In this document: positions 1-12,544 of the stretch, one piece after another
Numbering within the stretch: the first letter of the stretch is position 1
How the letters are laid out: each line of letters starts with the position of its first letter
Source of the DNA: Nemertoderma westbladi
Taxonomy: Eukaryota > Animalia > Xenacoelomorpha
NCBI GenBank assembly: GCA_032718475.1
Contig: JAUCBJ010004016.1
Location: 1 to 64,000, forward strand
Direction: 5' to 3'
Length of the DNA stretch: 64,000 bases
The notes under the pieces: model-generated
What the model was told of the DNA's origin: nothing
The model's database searches: none
Seen by the model: only the letters and a program-made list of their open reading frames with translations
Position numbers and translations under genes: made by a program

Positions 1-309
1 CACCACCCCCCCCCCCCTAGCACCCGCACCCCTTGGTCCTTATCATGGCCTGTTATTTAGATGGCCTTGCTACAGACTTACTAAACATATATTCACCACG
101 CAGTCTGACAGTAGGTGTTTCTACAGTTCTAGCTGTTTCCAGGTGTTTCCGCTCTTTAGTAAGTAAGTACAGAAATAGGCCTACTGTAATCATACTGTAC
201 CTTTCTGCCTTACTACTTACTACCTTTCAGTCTTTAATACTGTTTCTTCATTGGTAGTCTGGTAGTACTGCATGAGACATACCGGTAACGAAAGTGATGC
301 ATATCCAAA

Positions 310-852
310 ATGCCGCGATTAGTGAAAACCTGGATGATAGGACCCGTTCCCATTCGCCGAACTTTGCCGTACCTTGAAGCAGGAAAGATTCGCTTAAATA
401 AAAACATCGCTATACTTTGCGTCAACTACAACGCTTATAAATCCAATCACGAAGGAGCGAGACGTTTCATATTCTTTACGTTACCTCAACTAATTTTCAG
501 CCACAAAAATGTGCAATTCGAGAAACTCAGAGATTACACACCCTATCCTTATATAACGTTGTTTGACCGGAAGGGGAATGCTACTGTAATCGACATAGAC
601 AATCAGAAACTTCCAGATATTGTGGAACATTTAGTTGCGGTCGCGGGAATGTCTGAGGAGGAAGTTGCCTTCGCAGATGTTGAGAACTCTGTTAGTAAGA
701 ACCCCGGGAATGTTGGGGAAGGGAAACATGTGTTCGGGTACGAGTGTTGTTGTGAGATTCCAGGACAAATAATGTGTCCGAAGTTTAAAGAGTTGCCTAA
801 GGAACTCCGTGGAAAGTGGCGGAGTAGAAATATAGAGGAGGAAGATGGTTAA
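310..852 (+). CDS. MRPS25: Mitochondrial ribosomal protein S25 (mS25), intronless CDS, 180 aa
   Basis: N-terminal PIRRTLPYL...VNYN...EGARRFIFFTLPQL and C-terminal ECCCEIPGQIMCP match the conserved mS25 motifs (PIRRTLQYL...EGARKFVFFNIPQI; CICEVEGQVPCP). Confidence 0.92.
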   Translation: MPRLVKTWMIGPVPIRRTLPYLEAGKIRLNKNIAILCVNYNAYKSNHEGARRFIFFTLPQLIFSHKNVQFEKLRDYTPYPYITLFDRKGNATVIDIDNQKLPDIVEHLVAVAGMSEEEVAFADVENSVSKNPGNVGEGKHVFGYECCCEIPGQIMCPKFKELPKELRGKWRSRNIEEEDG

Positions 853-1305
853 ATAGTTGAGGCTTTGAGTTAATTAATTGATAAGTAGGGCCTAGTCAAT
901 GTAATCAATGAATCGAATAATGATGCGAATTGCAAATAATCGGTAGATTAACTGACCATTCCATTATTAGTATTTCCTACCATTGCATTGGTAGGTCTAC
1001 TGTAATAGGCCCCGTACCGGCACCCAGACAATCCTAGATTCAAACTCGATCAATCAGATTCAGATTAAACTTTCCCATAAAGTTATGATAAATTTCCCGA
1101 CCTTGTTTTCCCCATTCCCATACTCCCATATATTTACTATAATTTTACCAGATCGTCAATAATTAATAAAATATAAAGGTTAACCTTTTAACAAGTTTAC
1201 TTATTTCTACTATCCTATACTTTATTTTATGTATCTATAATTGAATTACTTGCTATTAGTATTACCGTATTGTTTTAGTTAGGAATACGGCATTAATTTG
1301 TTATT

Positions 1306-2326
1306 AGCTCTGTCCAGCCGTGCAATGTGAAAAGACCGTAAGTAAAAAAAATTATTTTCTAGTAAAACACTCTGCCTTGAGATTGTTGGTTTAAAATGTC
1401 AGTAAATTACTAATTTTTTATAACCCGACGCAATTGGGGGTAGGAAATTTTTCTACGTGATTATTTTTCACTTTTCAGTAATATTTTGACTTCAGGGTTG
1501 TTTTTTGTACTTACCGTGAAAAGACCGTAACCGTCAGTCAGTTACGGTGGTTTTGCATCTGTATAAATTTAATGCATTAATTAAGGGGGCAACCCCCCTG
1601 CGGTTTTTAATATTATAAAATATTACTTACGAAATGAAAAAACTGGCCAAAATTTATCGAAGCTTATAAAATTACCTATCATATAAAGTGAAAATTAAAA
1701 AAAAGCGGTTAGGAAAATATGGCAGAGTAGTGTTTTTTAGTCTATTTGCTCTAAACTGCCTGCTAGGGTCTGGTTGTTTCATAGTGTCTGGCATGAAGGA
1801 AGTCTCGTGTGCGTTTTCTTATTAACTATGCAATGACAAAAACCGTATATCTTGTTGACTTACGTTTTTTTGCAGAAATTTAAGTAGTTGCGTTCTTTTG
1901 TATTGCACTTACTTACGGTCTTTTACCTTTTTAACACTATACATTTTGTGACTTACGGCCTTTTTACATTGAATATCTCGAGAACTAGAGTAGTAAAACT
2001 GTGTTCTCGGTTTTACCATTAGATAGAGCGCATTTTTTAGATCCAGAAAAAGTTTTAGTTTAAGTTTTAGTTTTAGTGTGGCGTAATTTAGCGAACAAGG
2101 AAATAAATTGAACCAAAAGAAATTGAGAGTTACTGGCGCAAATTGACCGCAAACAATAATCTTCAGTTTGGTGGGATTAAAAAATTAATATAAATCATTA
2201 ATGGAAAGGGGCTGGTTGCAGTGAATAATAAACAAAACTTTATTTCATATGCGACAAATTTCCGCAGGAGATCACTTTTTTCACTTGCGGTCAATGAACG
2301 CCACTATCTGCAAATGGATCAACTCC
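1306..2326. mobile_element. Degenerate non-autonomous DNA transposon/MITE-like segment with internal inverted repeats
   Basis: caatgtgaaaagaccgtaagt (~1323) is inverted relative to acttacggcctttttacattg (~1951) and acttacggtcttttac (~1911). Termini and TSD are not clean. Confidence 0.35.
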
Positions 2327-3344
2327 CTTATTTACTTACAGTAGAGCTACACTAACTCTGCTATTGTCCAAGGACAAGGTCCATACATGGTGCTAGTGCA
2401 ATAACCATGGATTGCATTTTGATCGCATCCGGGGAATTTTTACCGGGGAATTTTTATTTATAACCGTTCAAGACCGACAAGGTTAAATGAAGTCAATTTG
2501 AAAAATACAAAAAAATTACAATTTCATAAAGAAAATTCATATATACAATTATATACAATTGATTTTTCTCAATGTTATATTAGGTTCTTTTGTTCAAAAG
2601 TTGAAAATATTAACAACACCTTGGCGGGGGTTCAATCTCCGTACGCCTTACGCACCTTTCGGCCTGTTATATCTGACCAGTTGCGCCAGCTAGTTCAGCC
2701 ACTTCCCGCTGACGCTGACTCGCGGAGTTCACATACTCCGCGATCTATCATACAGGCAGTCTTACGTTGAATATCATATTTGAAATAAGCACTTTTTGTC
2801 ACTAATGTTTAACTTTTTTTAGTCTTGTTTTTAATTACTAATATCACTAGTTTAGTTATAGAAAGTAGGCCTACAATAGGTAATCATAGTGAGCGAAAGC
2901 AGTCCTTTAATTCATGGCACTGTTTTTTTTACAAATTTTAGTGATAAATAGTGGATTTCTCAGATAAATATATTTAGATTGTAAATATTAAATTGATAAA
3001 ACGTCTAAAGTCCTTCAATAATTTTCACTTCTGAACAAAACAACCCATCATTATTTGATTAAAATTTGCATCAGCTCATCTCCAATTCTATTTTTGGCTA
3101 AATAATATTTAATTCAACTCTTTAATCAATTGGACATTCAGAGATTGACATATTTACTGGATTAAGAAATAATTTATCAAATTATTTAATTTCCTTTTTT
3201 GGAACCAATTTATTATTATTCCACTGTGTAAATGTCTGAATATTATATTTAAACTACTGGAAATTCTTGGCACCTCTAATAATTGTTTAGTAAATAACTT
3301 ATCTGAATATCCGAGACTTGGTTTCTATACAATTTTACTTTATT

Positions 3345-4697
3345 ATGACTTCCATGATTGTCGTTAATCGTAAATGTTTCTCTTCTAAAAGTTTATCTTT
3401 CAAGACATCGAATCATTTATCAAATCCTTCCAACTCTCTAATAATACCAATAAGATTGCGACTCCTCAGACAAACACCTCATTCTCAACAAAGAAATTAT
3501 CGACCATTTAATTTTAGAAGGTGCCGGTATTTAGTTCCATTACCGTCTCGAATTGCATTCCCTCAGACGATTAACAGTCGTCTACAATGGTTATTGTTTT
3601 ACCTGGTTGCTATAATAATCGCTGCACTAGCAACGTGGGTGAAGCCACTACGTGTGGCTTCCGCCGAGACTAACCCCAAAAGAACAAGTCATCCGATGAA
3701 CTTTATAGCCGATCTCGTTAAGGTTGTATCCCCATCCGTGGTTGAGATCCAAGTTGCGGGTCGGGTTTCTACCCCAAGCCGTGTGTTTGGTACCAAGGTG
3801 CCGAGTACCTTGGTACCTGGTGGCTCCGGGTTCATTGTCGACTCATCTGGCCTGGTAATCACTAACTACCATGTGGTTGCTAGGGACGCCCGTGTACGTG
3901 TGTTACTAAGCGACGGGAGCAGTCTGTCGGGAAGAGTCATTGCGGTGAGTCCACAACTCGACTTGGCTCTAATACAGTTGGATGGAGGTGGCAGGAGGAA
4001 GTACCCAGTATTGAAACTTGGTAGTTCGAATGCAGTAGAACCCGGTGAATTTGTTGTAGCATTTGGATCACCTATGGGTCTCAGACAGACAGTTACAGCT
4101 GGTATTGTGAGCTCCTTGCGGCGTGCAGCTGACGTCCCTGGTCAAACAACTGATTGGTCGATGCATCCTGAGATACACTACATACAGACTGACGCAGCGA
4201 TCTCCCCGGGCAGTAGTGGAGGTCCTTTAGTAAACCTATACGGAGAAGTTATCGGTGTCAACTCAATGAAAGTCGCTTCAGTTTTCTTTGAGGGTTTATC
4301 ATTCGCCATGCCGGTAGACCTAGTCAAGTACTTTTTATCCCAACAGCGGAATATACCACAGCCTTCCGCCCCATCATATGAACCCAGTTTCTATTTAGGG
4401 ATACAGATGTTCACCCTGACACACGATATGATTCTAGCCTTACAGATTCGCAGTAATTGGTCACTGCCCTCTTACATTACCTGCGGTATCCTTGTCAGCG
4501 CTGTCCACAACGGATCCCCCGCCCAACTTGCTGGTATCCAGAATGATGACATAGTTGTTGCGATCGATGGTAAACCAGTGACTGGTGGGTCTCAAGAGTT
4601 ACAGAATGCGACGCAAACGGGAAATAAACTAAATATAACTTTGTTTAGGCACAATAAAACTTTAGATGTAATTGTTACACCAGAACGTTTAAACTAA
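3345..4697 (+). CDS. HTRA2: HtrA2/Omi mitochondrial serine protease (presequence, TM, trypsin-like domain, PDZ), intronless CDS, ~450 aa from first ATG
   Basis: Basic, acid-free N-terminus, TM segment WLLFYLVAIIIAALATWV, GSGFIV, TNYHVV (His), DLALI (Asp), QTDAAISPGSSGGPLVN (Ser), and PDZ YLGIQM...GSPAQLAGIQNDDIVVAIDG. First ATG is at 3345; the track's 3318 start is a TTG. Confidence 0.9.
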   Translation: MTSMIVVNRKCFSSKSLSFKTSNHLSNPSNSLIIPIRLRLLRQTPHSQQRNYRPFNFRRCRYLVPLPSRIAFPQTINSRLQWLLFYLVAIIIAALATWVKPLRVASAETNPKRTSHPMNFIADLVKVVSPSVVEIQVAGRVSTPSRVFGTKVPSTLVPGGSGFIVDSSGLVITNYHVVARDARVRVLLSDGSSLSGRVIAVSPQLDLALIQLDGGGRRKYPVLKLGSSNAVEPGEFVVAFGSPMGLRQTVTAGIVSSLRRAADVPGQTTDWSMHPEIHYIQTDAAISPGSSGGPLVNLYGEVIGVNSMKVASVFFEGLSFAMPVDLVKYFLSQQRNIPQPSAPSYEPSFYLGIQMFTLTHDMILALQIRSNWSLPSYITCGILVSAVHNGSPAQLAGIQNDDIVVAIDGKPVTGGSQELQNATQTGNKLNITLFRHNKTLDVIVTPERLN

Positions 4698-5524
4698 TTT
4701 GTGATTTGCAATATGTTATTCTACAGTACCGCTTTCAAATAACGTCGTATTGGATCCTAATAGGATCCTATTAGGATCCAAGTCGCTGATTCACTACTAT
4801 AATATAGAAGTTAGGATTTAATTGTTAATGAAATTTAGCCCAAATTCCAGACTTGGAGGCACTTAGGATTTGTCTTGGATTGTATTAGGAATTTACTTGG
4901 AAATCGGCGCTTACTTTTATGTCTGGAAGGTGGACTGACTCAGACTATGCTTGTGCTGGTCCACTTCTTCTCCATAGAATGGACTAGACTCAACCTAAAG
5001 TTTACGTAGTGTTCAGTTCATTACACGTTGTGGGGTCTTCGAGCAGCACGTGTTCAAATGTTCAATGACTGAGCAGCGACTATTAACAAATTTATGGGAG
5101 ATTCATTGACCAGCTACCGACAGACCAATATTGTGACATATTTTAGTTTAATGTTTGATTCAATTAAAGGCACAAATTAAAAAGGCTACAAATATATAGG
5201 GGTGAATAATTAAATTAGTCACCCATTAGGCCTAAAAGTTGCAATCTATATAAATTTTTAAATTCAGTAGTGTGCGTGTGTTGTGTATTGATTCCGTAGA
5301 TTTAATGTTGAAATAGCGTTCATTAACTTAATTTCTATTTAATTATTCAGGCATACTAATACACACATTAAATTAGTTCGTGTGTGTTAAGTGTGTAAGA
5401 TTTGATTGTTTTGGCACGAACCCATTAGGGCACAGAAACTGACGGATTCTTCGCGAATTTCGCAAACGTCGCGAATTTCGCAAACGTCGCAAACTTCGGG
5501 AATTTTTTCTACAATTTTGACTCC

Positions 5525-5920
5525 TTAAGCAAAAGGGTCCCGAATGAGTTTTTTAACCTTTATTTTTTTGTGATTTTGAGTGCTTTTTTATATTATTAGT
5601 GAATGTTCTAGAACCTTAGTAGATTTTTTATGGTATAATGCTAGTATTTTTTACTAGCTAGTAATTTTTGGAAATTATTTTGGTCATTAATATATTCTTC
5701 AACAGTTTAACCTGAAATATCATGGACTTTCACATTTTTTATAATTTCTAAAAATTCTAGCTAGCAAAAAAAATACTACCGGTAGCTATCATAAAAAACA
5801 TATCTACTAATGTTCTAGAACTTTCACCAATACCAAAAAAAATAAAAAAAAACTCTAAAAAAGGATTGGTAAAAAATGGCTGGGGTGTCGACAGGGCGAA
5901 GTAGGGACCGTGTTGCTTAA
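5525..5920. mobile_element. Small TTAA-bounded inverted-repeat element (Kolobok/piggyBac-like MITE?)
   Basis: ttaagcaaaagggtccc ... gggaccgtgttgcttaa imperfect inverted ends. Confidence 0.3.
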
Positions 5921-5966
5921 CCCCTTAGAGCCTATGACCTCCAGTGCATGTCACCATGGACAACAC

Positions 5967-6616
5967 TGTGACGGGATCAGGGATCCCGACCGGGTAATTA
6001 AAGTACGCGTCACCGTTCTGCTTGGGGATGGTGCTAACAGCTTTGGCCGAGGCCGTTGAGGAAAAACAATAGAGTTACTGTTGTTTCTTGATGTTAGAAA
6101 ATATCCGAAGATAGCACGATTGAATAGCAGAAATACAGATAAGATAGTTACCGGTATAATGGTGTCGATGACGGTCAATAATTATGACCGGTCTGCACTA
6201 ATAAACTGAATAATACAACTGACATACCAATCCAACAATCTGAGATAATATATGATTGATACACTGAATATTGCTTCACCTCCTACTCTACTTTGGCCTT
6301 CTACCCAATGGATGCTTTCCTGTCCCCTATCACGTGCCTCCCTTCCCTCTATTGGCTAATATACTACTTGTCACCGTGGCACTCTCTGGGAGTGTTTCCC
6401 CTCCCGCTGCTAGCCCCTGCTAGCTGTATTCCCTCCGAGGTGGTTTGACCTCTAACCTCACTCTGTGGCTTTGGGGCTTGTGTCCCCCCCCCCCCCCCCC
6501 CAATGTTGGTTATGATACGAGATTGATATTGATAATCTCGTATCTCCAACATATTGCTGAAAATGCCACTAGCCCATTTTCTGGTGGGTAATGAAGTGGA
6601 ATTGAATCCGCTTACA
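5967..6616 (-). repeat. 3' LTR (~650 bp)
   Basis: tgtgacgggatcagg...gaatccgcttaca, highly similar to 8094-8751, adjacent to the PPT. Confidence 0.88.
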
Positions 6617-7175
6617 CTCCCCCCCCCCCATGCTATCTTCCCGGTGAGAAGATAGCATCAACCTCAAGTGCGCTTCAATTCCGCCGGAACCCGATCTAGA
6701 GTTGTTTTCTGTATCTGGAGTTCTTTTCTCGGGGTTGGCTTTCCAGCCCCCCCCCCCCCCCCCCCATGGGTATGATATTGCTACCCCTCCTTGGTGCAAT
6801 CGCGAGCTATGTTGCACCAAGGTATCTGGCGTCTCTGTTCGAGACAATTGTGGACTCTCTTTCACACAATTTTGTTTATACTACTTCGCTCTGAACTCAC
6901 TCTATTCTCACTTTACTCTATCTCTTATGGGCCCTATCGCCCCTTACTCTCTCTCTTACAGCTCGCTCCCCACATTTGAATTGCACTCCTCTCACTCCAT
7001 CATGTGTCAACACCTCCTCTCCATGCTTCCCCGCGATTCCCCATTCTCGTTTTCATTCTCCACACTTATTGGGTCCCACACATTTGCGCATTATGTTTGT
7101 GGGATCCGTCTAAGTCTCATCCTGCCGTTCTAGTCAATTAGTCCCCAGTCCCAGTAGCTAATTGGAAAAAGGTTG

Positions 7176-7545
7176 TAATCTCGTATCCCCAACATATTGC
7201 TAAAATGCCACTAGCCCATTTTCTGGTGGGTAATGAAGTGGAATTGCATCCGCTTACACCCCCCCCCCCCCATGCTATCTTCCTGGTGAGAAGATAGCAT
7301 CAACCTCAAGTGCGCTTCAATTCCACTGGAACCCAATCTAATATCGGGTGTGGGGTGGAGTTCTTTTCTCGGGGTTGGCTTTCGAGGCCGCCCCCCCCCC
7401 CCCTGGGTATGATGTTGCTACCCCTCCTTGGTACAATCGCGAGCTATGTTGCACCAAGGTATCTGACGTCTCCGTTTGAGACAATTGGGGACTCTCTTTC
7501 CACACAATTTTGTATCACTTCGCTCTGAACTCACTCTAACCTCAT
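7176..7545 (-). repeat. Internal duplication of the LTR-edge/PPT/adjacent internal sequence
   Basis: taatctcgtatc...ccgcttaca-C tract-catgctatct...cttcgctctgaactcactcta duplicates ~6533-6904. Confidence 0.8.
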
Positions 7546-8093
7546 TCTACTCTATCTTACTCTCGGACCTCTCTGTCCCTTACTCTCTCTCTCTCTCTCC
7601 CTTGGGATTCTCTTCCTTTCTCCCTGCTCGCTCCCCACACTTGAATTGTTTCTCTCGCCTCTCGCTCTTTACTCTCGTTCGTTTCTCTCGCCTCTCGCTC
7701 TTTCTCCTCCCTTATTTCTCTCTCCTCACTCTCTTCGTTCGGCGTCGTACCGGCGGCCCCACCGTCGCTGTTCCGGTGGGCCGTCCATCGCCCTCGGCCT
7801 GTGGCTGGCCGGCGACTTCTGTACTCCGACCGCCGTCGTGCGTCAACTTGTCTCTCCCTCGTGGTTGACGGCCGCCCTCCGCTTGGGCTACCGGATCGTC
7901 CCTCGTCGGCGAATCTGGCGTCGCTGGCTGATACCGTCTCATCACGGCCTCACGGATCGTTTGGTTGGTATCGTCCGGGGTCCGCGGCGGCATCCTCCTT
8001 CCCTCAGATAATCGGGGTTCCCTATCGCTCATCTTTGGTCTTTCGCTGTATCTGGCAGTCACAGTTTATGTTGACAGTTGGTAAATTATAGAC

Positions 8094-8751
8094 TGTGACG
8101 GGATCAGGGATCCCGACCGGGTAATTAAAGTACGCATCACCTAACAGCATGGTGCTAACAGCTTTGGCCGAGGCCGTTTGGGAAAAACAATAGAGTTACT
8201 ATTGTCTCTTGATGTTAGAAAATATCCGAAGATAGCACGATTGAATAGCAGAAATACATATAAGATAGTTACCGGTATAATGGTGTCGATGACGGTCAAT
8301 AATTATGACCGGTCTGCACTAATAAACTGAATAATACAACTGACATACCAATCCAACAACCTGAGATGATATATGATTGATACACTGAATATTGCTTCAC
8401 CTCCTACTCTACTTTGGCCTTCTACCCAATGGATGCTTCCCTGTCCCCTATCACGTGCCTCCCTTCCCTCTATTGGCTAATATACTACTTGTCACCTTGG
8501 CACTCTCTGGGAGTGTTTCCCCTTCCGCTGCTAGCCCCTGCTACCTGCATTCCCTCCGAGGTGGTTTGACCTCTAACCTCACTCTGTGGCTTTGGGGCTT
8601 GTGTTGCCCCCCCCCCCCCCCCCCCCCACCCCCCAATGTGTTGGTTATGATACGATATTGATGTTGATAATCTCGTATCTCCAACATATTGCTGAAAATG
8701 CCACTAGCCCATTTTCTGGTGGGTAATGAAGTGGAATTGAATCCGCTTACA
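8094..8751 (-). repeat. 5' LTR (~658 bp)
   Basis: tgtgacgggatcagg...gaatccgcttaca followed by TSD aacac. Confidence 0.88.
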
Positions 8752-8954
8752 AACACTAAGACGTGCAGTGGACGTCATGCTGCAATACATGTTTTATTGG
8801 AAGGCTCTTGGTCTAGGTATACTGGTAGACAGTATTAAAGACATATAGTGCTCTTCATGGGAAAAAATCCATTCTGTACTGTAGATAGGCTGTATTGTAG
8901 ACTGTATTATCAATGTTAGGTATATGGCGTAATGCCAACCACAGTACAGTAGTA

Positions 8955-9476
8955 CAGACTGACAGTAAGACCGACAGACAGACAGACTCGATTTATGTAA
9001 ACGTGTAAACTGACATCAGAAATGAAATCAGCAACCCTTAAAACCCCCATAGCGGGAATGTTGGTTAGTTAGTATACTTTCTTAAGTTTTCACACACTGA
9101 CTGACAGAAAGACCGACAGCCAGACAGACTAGATTTATTAAACGTGAAAACTGACATCTGAAATGAAATCAGCACCCATTAAAACCCCCATAACGAGAAT
9201 GTTAGTTAGTTTGTATTCTTTTTTAAGTTTTGACTGACTGACAGAAAGACCGACAAACAGACAGACTAGATTTATGTAAACCTGAAAACTGACATCAGAA
9301 ATGAAATCAGCACCTCTTAAAACCCCCATAGCGAGAATGTTAGTTAATTTGAATTATTTTTTATGTTTTGACAGACTGACTAACAGAATGACCGACAGAC
9401 AGACAGACTAGATTTATGTAAACGTGAAAACTGACATCAGAAATGTAATCAGCACCCCCATAGCGAGAATGTTAGC
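8955..9476. repeat. Tandem repeat, ~140-bp unit, ~3.7 copies
   Basis: Recurrent gacagaaagaccgacagacagacagactagatttatgtaaacgtgaaaactgacatcagaaatgaaatcagcac...cccccatagcgagaatgttag. Confidence 0.85.
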
Positions 9477-10122
9477 GACAAGTTCTAATTATTAACCATA
9501 TTTCGTAAGATATATTTTAAAACATTTATTTATTAATAATGCAATAACTGAATAACCAGATAACGGAAAGACAAACCGAATTGAAACTTTTAATTACTAA
9601 TAATAATTGTGGTGAGAGGTGATTGGAAATCAAGGATATATGTTATGTTATGGAGCACGCGTTGGTAGGCACAGGCAAATGAATTGATGTCTGTTGAGAT
9701 GTCTTCCTTCTACAAGACTACTACAGTTATGTCCTTGTGTGCTAGCCTAGGGACTGGCTTGGTCAATGATTTTAGCTTGCCTTGTTAGTAATGTACAACT
9801 TCAAGAAATATTATTGGGCACAGCTGCCCTTGCCATGCCTTAGGCTCTATGGGGGAGAATGGAATCAGCGTATGAATTTACAATGTTAATTATGTTTAAA
9901 TAAATGAAAAATACCTTTATTAACGCAAATCACTTGAAAAAATAAAAAACTATGATGGAATGGGGTACATGGATTCCAGATATCTAATTTCTGTGCAAAA
10001 TAACTTTAATCGTATGGTGCTAAATAATTAATTTCCATGAAGAGACCGTTCAAAATGACTCAACCATACAATTTAGCTGAAGAAATTAATTTAGATTATG
10101 GCTTCCGACATTTATGGCTTCC

Positions 10123-10123
<1 letters not shown>

Positions 10124-10162
<39 letters not shown>
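10124..10162. repeat. (CA)n microsatellite
   Basis: Direct reading. Confidence 0.95.
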
Positions 10163-10163
<1 letters not shown>

Positions 10164-10727
10164 CCTTCTGCAAATCGTATATTATCCTAACACCAACACA
10201 TTTACGTTTTTCACGCGACAGTACTAACACCTAATAACACTGATTTAATTGTGCTAACACAACCAGTTCAATAAATGACCGCTAGTATTGCACACCACAC
10301 ATCAATTCCCCTAACAGGGTAATAACTAGTGTTTAAATTGCCGGCTTCTGCACATTCATTATTTGTCTTTGTAAAAGCAATACATTGGCTGGACTGTAGG
10401 ACTATAATCTCTAGAATACAAATATAGTGCTAACAACAACCAATAATAGTATAATGATAGCAACTGTATCTGTATGACAACTAAATATGGTGTATATTAT
10501 ATTATATGCAATATATTAATATGCAATATTGCAAAATGAATGCAATATTATTCCTTTCCTACGAGATTAATACAGGAATTATCAGAATTTCGAAGTAATG
10601 AAAGAAAATCCATTCTTTTTCATTGCTATCTAAGTTGACTAGGCACTTTATAAAATTTCATATACACTATATGTTCATAATTACGCCACCCGCACGCAAT
10701 TCATCTTTAGTTTATTTAAAAAAAAAA

Positions 10728-11530
10728 GGAATGCGGGATGTTGGCTAGACGCGATTCCCTGCAGTTCCCTAGGTCTCAAGCTTTCTAACTCTCAGCTCCG
10801 CCTATCAATCGCTACCCGCCTCGGCTGCAAATTTACCGAGCCCCACGCCTGCACCAGGTGTGGAAGCCCAGTCCATGCGGATGGACTACCCGGCCTTTAT
10901 TGCCAGAAGAGTGCTGGCCGATTCGCCCGCCATTCAATGTTGAATGAGATTGTGAAGCGTGGGTTGGCCAGCTGTAATATCCCCTCTATTCTAGAACCAC
11001 CCGGCCTCTCTAGAACAAATGGTAAACGGGTAGATGGGATGACTCTAGTACCTTGGGAGAGCGGAAAGACTTTGACCTGGGACGCCTCTGTGGTGGACCC
11101 CCTCGCACCAAGCCACTTATCCACCAGCCAAAATGAGGGAGGACGCGTTGCCCAGGAACAGGAGAAAATAAAAACACGAAAGTACCTGGATCTTATAGAC
11201 TGCGGTTATCAATTTACTCCTGTTGCGTTTGAGACCTTTGGCCGACCAGGACCAGCCACTGCAACCTTCCTGAAAGACCTAGGGAGACGAATTCACAACG
11301 CTACCATGGAGCCACGATCCCATCGATTCCTGTTGCAGAGGCTGTCAATATCAATCTTAATGGGTAACGCCGCATCTATCCTGGGAACATTAGACTCTAG
11401 TAACTCTGATGGGCTTTTTGATTTACTCGAATAAATACAACCATTACGTAATAATTTACCTTATACTTCTAGATCAGTAACAATTACTGAAAGAGACATA
11501 AAATAATTAAGTTTTTTTTTAATAAAAAAA
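10728..11530 (+). mobile_element. 5'-truncated CRE-like non-LTR retrotransposon: zinc-knuckle plus restriction-like endonuclease domain, short 3' UTR
   Basis: The frame is open from ~10730 (AGCWLDAIPCSSLGLKL...CTRCGSPVHADGLPGLYC...RH) into EPPGLSRTNGKRVDGMTLVPWESGKTLTWD...EKIKTRKY...PVAFETFG, a PD-(D/E)xK RLE as in CRE-clade elements. Stop at 11434, A-rich end near 11521-11530. Confidence 0.8.
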
Positions 11531-11706
11531 TTATTCTAAATAACTTTACTTGGAAATTTTAAATACAGAAATTTCAGTTTATTAAATATTAGTTTTTTTG
11601 CACCGTTAAAGATTAAATAAAGTTTGGATGGTACTCATGCCCTCATTCTTCTTAATTATATGTATATCATATAATTTATTACAGGCTAGGCATAGTTTGT
11701 CTAGCT

Positions 11707-12544
11707 GTTAGCACAATATTAGTTAGCCAGATAATATACACACACACCAATATTGGTTACACCATGTCATATAATTGATAACACTGTAGTTCAGTTAGCA
11801 CAATATTAGTTAGCCAGATAATATACACACTCGCCATGGTTACACCTAGTCATATAATTGATGACACTGTAGTTCAGTTGTTAGCACAATATTAGCTAGC
11901 CAGATAATATACACACTCGCCAATATTGCGGTTAAACCTAGTCATATAATTGATTACACTGAAGTTCAGTTAGCACAATATTAGTTAGCCAGATAATATA
12001 CACACTCGCCAATATTGCGGTTAAACCTAGTCATATAATTGATTACACTGAAGTTCAGTTAGCACAATATTAGTTAGCCAGATAATATACACACTCGCCA
12101 ATATTGCGGTTAAACCTAGTCATATAATTGATTACACTGAAGTTCAGTTAGCACAATATTAGTTAGTCAGATAATATACACACTCGCCAATATTGCGGTT
12201 AAACCTAGTCATATAATTGATTACACTGAAGTTCAGTTAGCACAATATTAGTTAGCCAGATAATATACACACTCGCCATGGTTACACCTAGTCATATAAT
12301 TGATTACACTGTAGTTGAGTTGTTAGCACAATATTAGCTAGCCAGATAATATACACACTCGCCAATATTGCGGTTAAACCTAGTCATATAATTGATTACA
12401 CTGAAGTTCAGTTAGCACAATATTAGTTAGACAGATAATATACACACTCGCCATGGTTACACCTTGTCATATAATTGATTACACAGTAGTTCTGTTAGCA
12501 CAATATTAGTTAGTCAGTTAATATACACGCTCTCCAATATTGGT
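11707..12544. repeat. Tandem repeat, ~82-92-bp unit (modal 89), ~9-10 copies
   Basis: gttagcacaatattagttagccagataatatacacactcgccaatattgcggttaaacctagtcatataattgattacactgaagttca repeated. Confidence 0.92.

Larger units (their letters stand above)
5967..8751 (-). mobile_element. Non-autonomous LTR retrotransposon (TRIM/LARD-like), two LTRs, 5-bp TSD AACAC
   Basis: Direct repeats 5967-6616 and 8094-8751 with TGT...ACA ends. AACAC at 5962-5966 and 8752-8756. The C-tract just inside the left LTR reads as a polypurine tract on the minus strand. No RT/integrase coding. Confidence 0.88.

Noticed and set aside
6364-8756. Numerous short ORFs within the LTR element as host genes
   Set aside because: They lie in duplicated LTR or low-complexity sequence, are not conserved in frame between the two LTRs and show no domains.
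5921-9855. piggyBac-like element (ccccttagagccta / taggctctatgggg) around the LTR element
   Set aside because: Only a 14-bp imperfect match and the right flank lacks TTAA: insufficient support.
11707-12544. CRISPR-like repeat-spacer pattern
   Set aside because: The whole 89-bp unit is repeated, with no unique spacers.
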